Part shown: one piece after another, positions 52,400-64,000 of the stretch | How positions within the stretch are numbered: position 1 is the stretch's first letter | Layout: each line of letters begins with the position of its first letter | Assembly (NCBI RefSeq): GCF_009914755.1 | Contig: NC_060938.1 | Length of the DNA: 64,000 bases | Direction: 5' to 3' (one strand) | DNA from: the human T2T-CHM13v2.0 reference genome, Homo sapiens | Position numbers and translations under genes: made by a program | Notes under the pieces: generated by a model | What the model was told of the DNA's origin: nothing | Databases searched by the model: none | What the model saw: only the letters and a program-made list of their open reading frames with translations

Positions 52400-55250
52400 T
52401 GGATTTTTATGCACATATAACATTCTATCCTTTTGTATAATTGGGTTCAATATATATACCCAAATATGTACATATATATATATAGTCCAATAATTTTTAA
52501 ATTAACAATAGGTCGTGGCAGTCTTTCCATGTAAACACATATAGATCCACCTTACTCTTTTTAATAGCTACATACTATCCCCTGGCACCGGTGAAGTAAG
52601 ATTTATTTTACCAGTACCTGGATCATAAATATTTAGCTTATGTCCTCCTTTTTTGCCACCATAAACAATGATTCCGGGAACATCTTTCTACACAAGTTCA
52701 ATTATTTCATCAGTATATATTTTCCAGGAGTAGAATTCGTAGAAATGGTATGCATATTTTAATTTTAGTTCGTAGGTCCAGATTCCTCTTGAGCAAAACT
52801 GTAACACATCTTTTTCATTCCCTTAGCTTAAAAGTGCCCATTTCCCCACATTCTTACCATCCCAAGCATCATCAATCATTTTGTCTTTGCAAATCCAAAA
52901 GGTTAAAATAATTCTCATTTTACTGTTTTGTTTCCTTGTTAATATACTTGAGAATCTTTTCACATGTTTATTAGACAGATTCTAGCAATATGTTTTGCTT
53001 TGGATATTTGGATATAAAACAGTCACATTTACTTGAATCATATATTTTATCTTTTTCCTGATATATTTCTGAATCTCATTCTTTGTTCTTGTTTCTTTTT
53101 CTCTTCCCTGACTTTTACTTTATTAATGTTATATTAACTTTGTAAAAACCCTAGTTTCTATTCTAGTTGTATTAACTTTTAAATGTTTTAATTAAAAACA
53201 TCATCGATTTAAACAAACAAGAGTGAAGTATATAAAATAGTGAAGTTACCTTTGCCTCCCTTAAATCCCATTCTTCCCAGAGGTATGTTAACTTGATATA
53301 TTTTAAACCAACATTTTTGAACTTGTATTTCTATGAACATTTAAAGAATAACTAGTATATAGTACGTATCTTCTTTCTAATATTTCTGATGAGCCCTAGG
53401 TAGTTCCTTCTAAGTCAAGAACTTAACTCTTTCTTTAACTCAGGATTTTTTTTCTCTTTTTTAAAAATTATTGCTGCTTTTTTTCCATTCTATCCTCACT
53501 TTTCAGGAAATCCTTTTTTAAGAAGTCTGGGCCTCTGGGATGGAGTTGCTACATCTTTTATATTTTCTCTATTATAATTTCCATCTTTTAGTCTTTTTAT
53601 TCTATATTCAAAGGATACAATTTCCTGAATTGCTCTTCAGAATCACTGCTTTGATTTTCACTGGTGTCCATTCTGTGATTTTATACTTTAGAGAGTTTTT
53701 CTTTTCCCACTGAGTGTTGGGAGAGTGGTTGATAATCAAGCTTTTCATTTCCAAGACTTCTTAATACTTCTTGGACTGTTCTTTTCTTAGTAGCCTGCTC
53801 TGTTCTATTGGTGTTTATCATGTTACTCCCCCTGGAGATGTGATATAGATTTTTTTCATAGTTTATATTTTTTCCATATTTTCATATCTCCTCTCTATTT
53901 CTGCCGCTTAGTTTTATTCGGGGTTATTCATTAGAGAATCATCATTTCTGCTCATTGTTTCATTCATTCCTCTGGTCACTGCTCAGAGCAGATCATTCTT
54001 TTTGTATGCCCAGCTATTTGGAAGACTGCTCATTTTTATAAATGAAGGTCTTAGCTTTCAATCCTGCCATACATTAGAACCACCTGGAAGTTTCTAAAAA
54101 ATACTAATGCCTGGTCCTCACACACAGCCAATTAATTCAGAATTTCTCACAATTGAACATTGTTTTTTAATCTCCCCACATTTTTTTTTAAATCTCCCTT
54201 TTTAAATCAGGGAGATTTAAAAAGTCTAATGTGCAGCCATGGCCTAGGACTCTATCAGTAGCTGGTGAGGGTGCTCTCAGTGATGGTATGGGCCAATGGT
54301 TCTAAGCCATGCTGTGCATCAGAATCACCTGGGCTCCTCTTTAAAAATACACGCATACTGGGGTGGCTCTGGGCGTCTGCATCTTGAGCAAGCACCCCAG
54401 GCGTTCTGAGGCACACGACAGTTTAAGAAGTCCTGGTTTGGTTCACGGAGTTCCCCGGCAGGCTTTCCCCTGAGCAGTTCACACAGGAGCAGGGCTGCAC
54501 CTGAATGTATGAATGGATGGGCATAGATCAATTGCCAAGGTTCCCCTCTGGGTCCCGGGTATGTGGTCCAAGAACAGATTAAAAGATTGGGCCCTCTCTT
54601 ACAGTGAGACAGGTGGCAATGGGAGTCTTGGGGAGGTAGACCCCCACCCTTCCTAGTGTGACATCCCTGCAGCCAAGTGTTCTACTCTGTGGGTCAAGCC
54701 CTGATGGAGTTTCTGATGTCTTTCTATTTCCTCGCCAAGGTACTCCCCAACAAGTCGACTCTTCTCCCTCCACTAATGGGTCTTAGGGGAACCCACTTGG
54801 ATCTGCGAAAGCCAATGAGAGGTGGGGAGAAAGCTAATGTGTCTTTAAAATCTCCCTGGTTCCCAAGATGTTTTTTCTCTGTGTGTGTGCTGTGCTGGCA
54901 GGAACACAATCCTCTGGCCTTACTGTCCATATGAGAAGCTGGCCGGGAAACATCCCCCTTAACTTAGCAAACCCTTTTGGCCATGTGGAACCTGATCCAT
55001 GTTCCTGAGTTGCTTCCATATGCCCCTTGTCTGATGCCACCCACTGCCTCCACTTCCAATCCTGCTGCTCAGAGCTCGGGGTTTCCCAAGGCTTCTGTTG
55101 GGGACACTCAGCTATTTTCTTCTCTGATGCCTCCACTGGAATCGTAGGCTGCTGTCGATCAGATATGTCACAAGTTCAGTCTATGTGCTTCGTGCCTTCC
55201 TGAAATTTCTCAAAGCTCTCATCTGCTGATAGGAAATTTCTTTGCCTCTA
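52400..55250 (-). mobile_element. Mosaic of ancient antisense L1ME/HAL1 fragments with MER5 insertions
   Basis: T-rich decayed L1-like sequence; boundaries approximate. Confidence 0.55.
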
Positions 55251-57587
55251 CATACTGTGTTTAGTTTTTTTGGGGTTTTTTTGTTGTTTGTTTGTTGTTT
55301 TTTTTTTACTTAACTGAGCTCTGGGCTTTTGCCTGTTCCCTCCTCGTTGGCCACTTGTCCCCCAGATCCTCACATGGCTGGCTTCACTTCTCATTCAAGT
55401 CTCACTCAGCACTGGTGTCCCTTCCTCAGAAGGGCTTTCTGTGACCACCAATCTAGAGTGGCCACCTCATCCCTCCAGCTGTTCTATATCACATCCTCCT
55501 CCTGGTTCCCTTTCTAAATAGAATGATTTCAGCGCCTAGGCCTATCTGGCATACAGCGGGCACCGTGTGGGCTGGAGGGAGGATGGATGAACAAGTCATT
55601 CTTTATTTGATCGTTTCATTGGTATTTGGGAAAGGAGGAGAGGCAAATGTGTGAACCTAATTCACAATGATAAAATGAACTTCCTCTTTTGTTCTTGAAA
55701 GTCAGCAAAGAAGTATGTAATCATGTAGGAAAATGGGGTCGCATGGCCTATTGGTTTATTCCAACCTATTCAGCACTTTTTCCCCAAGGAGGTGCTACCT
55801 GCCCCCTACTACTCATGCCCTGGTTCTACTCCTGTTGTTCTAGCTTCGACTCTGAACTTCATGCCTAATCTAGGATAGCTACAGTGTTCTGTCCACTTAC
55901 AGGCAGAATCAAGTGTTCAGATACAAGTGAAAACGAAGCCCTGTTTCTTCTCCCAACAGACTACTCCTACCCACTTAGTTGCTGGCAGTGATGTTAGGAA
56001 AAAACAGGGTGGAATCAGTGTCAACATCACACTCCAGCCAAGGGATGGTTTCTGTCCACAAAACGAAGGCTGAAGATGACCAATAAAATAATTGAGTCAC
56101 TTTCTCTCGGTTTCAGTTTAATTCAATACATTTGTATAGTAGTCAACTATGTGCTGTGTTCTGAACAAGAAGGGCTCTCAAGATAACAAATGTAGCAAGG
56201 TAAATAAAACATGCTATCTTACCATCTGGCACCAGAACTCCTCCTTGCTTGGCAAAGGACATTAAGCCACTTGGGGCAGAAGGTAAGGCCCTAAGGGCAG
56301 AAGGGTTGGCAGAGACTGAAACAACAAAGGGAGAGGGTTGTGCTGTCCTGCTGAGAAAACGAGACAAATGTATTCTCTGTTCCTGAGAGGGGAGAACTAA
56401 GGGCAGGGGAAAGCAGGGGAGGGAGAGAAGCCAGAGGCCAACAAAAACTAAGTCTCTGTGCAAGGCCAGGGAAATGCCTAGCATTGAGGTGACCAGGGAC
56501 TTTTCAAAAGCAGGAATGTCTAGTATGTGCTTTTTTAAATAGTAGGCTGCCAGGAGGTGCGATATGTACCCATTTTTCAAGACCCTCAAATTCCTGTAAG
56601 GCCCCCACCCTCCCAAACGCTTCATGAGAGGAGGGGTTTGGTGGGTGTGGGTGAAGGTTTGTGGGAAAGGAGAGACAGTGAGAATGCAGGACTCCCTTAG
56701 GAATTCCTGCCAATCTCAGGTGGGCTTTGGACTTCACTGGGCTGGGTGAAGGGGTCCAGGCAGGCTCGTTATGATTTCCAGGGCCCAGGATGTCACCGAC
56801 AATGTCTAAATTCTGCAAGGTGGAGAATATACTGAGTCTGCCGTGGGGAGGTTACAGACAGCCAAATGGAGGATGGCCATAGCAGCTGAATAGAATCACG
56901 GACAAGATGACATAGGATATACAATAAATAGCAGAAAATTGTGCTTTAATTCTTTCTCCTTCTCAGACAAGCTATTCGATCTGGAAGTCCAAGGATAAGA
57001 AAGTTATATTCAGAGGGGAAAAAAAGGCAACTGTTTTAAAGGATGGGCAAACTACACCTCAAGTTTATGCAACATAGTGAGCTGTGATCGCACCACTCCA
57101 CTCCCGCCTGGGTGACAGAACAAGACCCCTAAAGAAAAAGAGTAAATTCTGAGAAGTAAAGTTTAATTAAAGAAAATAGTGATTGCCAGGGCTTCTCATT
57201 GAGGAGAAGTCAGTCAAAAGTTGCCAGATGACGTAATTCTTTATGTCATCTGAAAACCACCAGGAGAGTGTCCCAGGGATACGTATGTAAAGTATTTCTG
57301 GTGGTGCCACTAACTAGATGCTGGAGTCTAATGAAACCTGGTGTTGTCAGCAGAATGTGGTTTGTGATTTGCTCTCTCCGCATGACTTCAGTTTAGCTCT
57401 CCCTCTCTGCTGGGTATCAGGCACATGAGCAAAGAGCTACAAGGAACCTGGCTTGTCCAGCTTGGCCGTAGGCATTCACTCCCAGCCAACCTGACCTGCT
57501 GAGAGGCAGAGATCATCCCTGAGCTGCCCATGCACAGCGAGTTTGACAGAACTATTAATCCGGAATATTAGTCAAGCTCCTTTCTTA

Positions 57588-58103
57588 TGGTGGTGGATCT
57601 CCAAATATGGCCCCATTGGTGCCTTCCCTCTTTACATCAAGTAGGACACCAAGACCAAGGCCAGATGAAAAGAGAGGGAGCACCTTTTTCCCTCTCTCAA
57701 ACTATTTGAGAACCAGTAATCCAGAACCCCTGTGGTGGCTTCCACCTTGGTCATTTGAAATATTTGCTCTTGAGACATTCCTTCTTGGAATCCATCTGCC
57801 ATGCTTGGAGAAGCCCAAGCCGTTGGAGAGGCCATGTGCAGACAGTCTGGTCAGTAGCCTCTGCTGAGCTCCTGGTCAGCAACTAGCATCAGCTGTTAGG
57901 TGATGAGCCCTCCTGGATGCACAGCCCAGTCAAATCTCCAAATGACCCCACCTCCAGCTGCCATCCAACTACAACCATGTGATCCCCAAGTGAGAACCAC
58001 CCAGTGGAGCCTAGTCAACCCATAGGAGAGTGAAAGAGACTAATAAATGGCTTTTTTAAGCCCCTGGATTTTAGGATGGTTTGTTACACAGCGTAAATAA
58101 CTG
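57588..58103 (+). mobile_element. MLT1H/G-like LTR
   Basis: GGAATCCATCTGCCATG...GAAGCCCAAGCC...CCAAGTGAGAACCACCCAG...TTTGTTACACAGC. Confidence 0.75.
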
Positions 58104-58470
<367 letters not shown>

Positions 58471-58577
58471 TTAAATAAAATTATGATTGTTTCTTTAGTA
58501 GCCTTGGCTCTGAGATGGGGACATTGGATTATTTTCTTTTTAAGGAATTGCCTTATTTCGTAATTTTTCTAATAACT

Positions 58578-61165
<2,588 letters not shown>

Positions 61166-62315
61166 TAATTCTTAAGTGTTTTGAAGATAGCTTGTATATT
61201 CCCCAAGTCTTAGTTTAGATATTGATTGAGGCAAATGTAGTAGAAGGCAAGGTAACAGAGTGGAAAAAAAGAATAGGCTTTGGAGACAGGCAGTCCTGGG
61301 ATCCAGGTCCTGGCTGCCACCTACCAGCTGTGTGACCTTGGACAATCTGACCTCTTTTGAACTCTGGATGTTTAAATACAATGTCAGCCTCCCTGGCTTA
61401 TATTAAGATTTAAATAGGGCACTGTAAGGAAAGCTCCTTACACCATGTGTAGCACTATGAAGCTCCTGCAGAAATGAGCATTGATATAGACAATTGCTTC
61501 CTTTGAATCTGGCTTTCTTGTCCTCAGTTTGGTAACTTTCCTCCATCTCTAGCTGGGGGATCAGCAGAAATGAAAGACAGACACCCTTGGAGAGCTTTGC
61601 TATGTGTTGGTTTGGGCTGTCCAGTGGGAGGCAGGAACTTGATAAGAATGAAGAGGCACAGAGGACAAATAAGAGTTAGAAAAAGGCATCCAGCTAGCGA
61701 TTAGAAAACACTGTCAGGATAAGGACACTTCACCCACATCACTATACACATTTCTAAACTGATTTCATTTTAGTGCTGAACACTTGCCATGTGAAAAGTC
61801 CTATGCTCATTACAAAGACACATGAAATATGGTCCCTGACCTCAAAGAGCTAAAAAAAAATAGCTGGAAAGACAATGGCATAAACTCTCGAAAATCCAAA
61901 TGCTGACATAAAACTCTACTAGAGAATATGTCCCAAGGAAATATCGCTACACAATGGATGTAAAGAGACTGTGCTTCTGTGGATTGTTTGCTTGAATTTG
62001 GCTGAGGGACAGTTATTGTACCACTTACCTGGAGATGGATGTTGAAAGATATTTTAATTTGCAGAATTATTTTATAACCATAAGAGACCATTCAGTGGTA
62101 ACAACATGTTCAAGTCTTTTCTTAAACCTTGAAGTGGATGATATTGGGAATACTCAAGTGATACAGAAGAGATATGTATAGGGAAGATGTATCTAGGAAG
62201 CTTTTAATAGAACAGACTCCCAGTAGTGAAATCGTACTAGGAAAATAAGGAAGAAATGTGGATCATCCAGTTGTAGTAATACAATTGTGAATAATGGATA
62301 GTTGAGGGAAGCCAA

Positions 62316-63099
<784 letters not shown>

Positions 63100-63929
63100 C
63101 CAGGGTATCCTGTCTCTCTAGACCCATTTATTTCTGCTGAACTATGACCTTGCCATTTTCCAGATACCCCCACCTTCTGTCCTAAGCATCCCTCTGATTC
63201 TACATCTACAGTGACACCCCAAGATTTCTGGCCCACTCCAAAAATTGCCCTTCTCCCACTCTTGCCACCACCAAGGAATCTGGTGGAATGAATGTGGACT
63301 CACCACTTGGGTACCAGAAAGGGGTGACACTGGTGGTGGGTGTGCATCCATGAGGCAGTCACTACAAAGTCTGAGTGAATTTCTACAGCTGCTAATATGG
63401 GCACAGCCCTCATTCGAGTACAGCTGCCACTAGTACCATCCCTGGAGAGCCCTGAATCCTCCTCTGGTAAAGAGTAAATGGTTGGGTCCATCCTTGGTCA
63501 TAGCATGACCTTGGCAGAAAGAGACAATGTCCTGCAGTCTCTGGGGCTTAAATTTACTGCCAGCCTCAACCCCAGGGGAATTCTTCCACAAACAGTATTT
63601 TTGGTTCCCTTGAAAGTTATTGAGTTTGATTAGGTCTGTGGCTTGCGTTTGAGAGAATCCAGGATTTGTCTTCATGTCTTGTTGTGAAAGGCCTAGCCTG
63701 GTACTTTGGAAGAGGTGTTTCATGGAGTCTCCCATTGTTTGACCTGATGGGGTTAGTCTGCCACCATGACCCTATTGGACTATGCTGGAAATGCAGAGTT
63801 GCAAGCCAGAGGCTCCCTGACCTCCAGGCTCATGATCTATTGGTCATCATCATTGTAATTAGAAGATACTGCTGTTGCTGATTATGTGTGTTGGTGAAGA
63901 AGTAGTTGGGTTTGGATGCGGTATGTCTA

Positions 63930-64000
63930 GAGCTGCATACCAATATAGTAGCCACTAGCCACATGTAGCTATTTAAATTTAAATTTGAATCATTTAAAAT
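63930..64000 (+). mobile_element. MER3/MER33-like hAT fragment, cut by the window edge
   Basis: CCAATATAGTAGCCACTAGCCACATGTAGCTATTTAAATTT. Confidence 0.7.

Noticed and set aside
56143-56625. Longest ORF in the track (160 aa, minus strand)
   Set aside because: No domain similarity or supporting gene structure; length within chance expectation for this window

Overview
Human genomic DNA (an AluYa5 with all five diagnostic bases is present). The window is an internal part of RGS6 (regulator of G-protein signaling 6, R7 family) on the + strand. Ten GT-AG coding exons (10092-50879, 781 nt spliced) join into one uninterrupted frame, GTDIVQWLMKNLSIEDP...[16 protein letters not shown]. This covers most of the DEP domain, the DHEX region, the linker and the GGL domain; by recalled annotation these are exons 4-13, about aa 62-322. 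The start of the long isoform and the RGS-domain exons lie outside the window. The rest is intron: about 20 Alus, many MaLR/ERV LTRs (including one full-length MLT1A element), hAT and Tigger DNA transposon fossils, L1/HAL1/L2/MIR fragments and microsatellites. None of the supplied ORFs is an independent gene. I found no new protein-coding system. The best leads are untested regulatory hypotheses: a sense-strand THE1 LTR that could drive an RGS-domain-only transcript, an AG|GT recursive-splice configuration at exon 4, inverted Alus around phase-0 exon blocks that could form stop-free circRNAs, RBFOX sites around the GGL cassette exon, and several likely polymorphic insertions or duplications. 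Repeat subfamily names come from recognising consensus sequences by eye and need RepeatMasker/Dfam confirmation.
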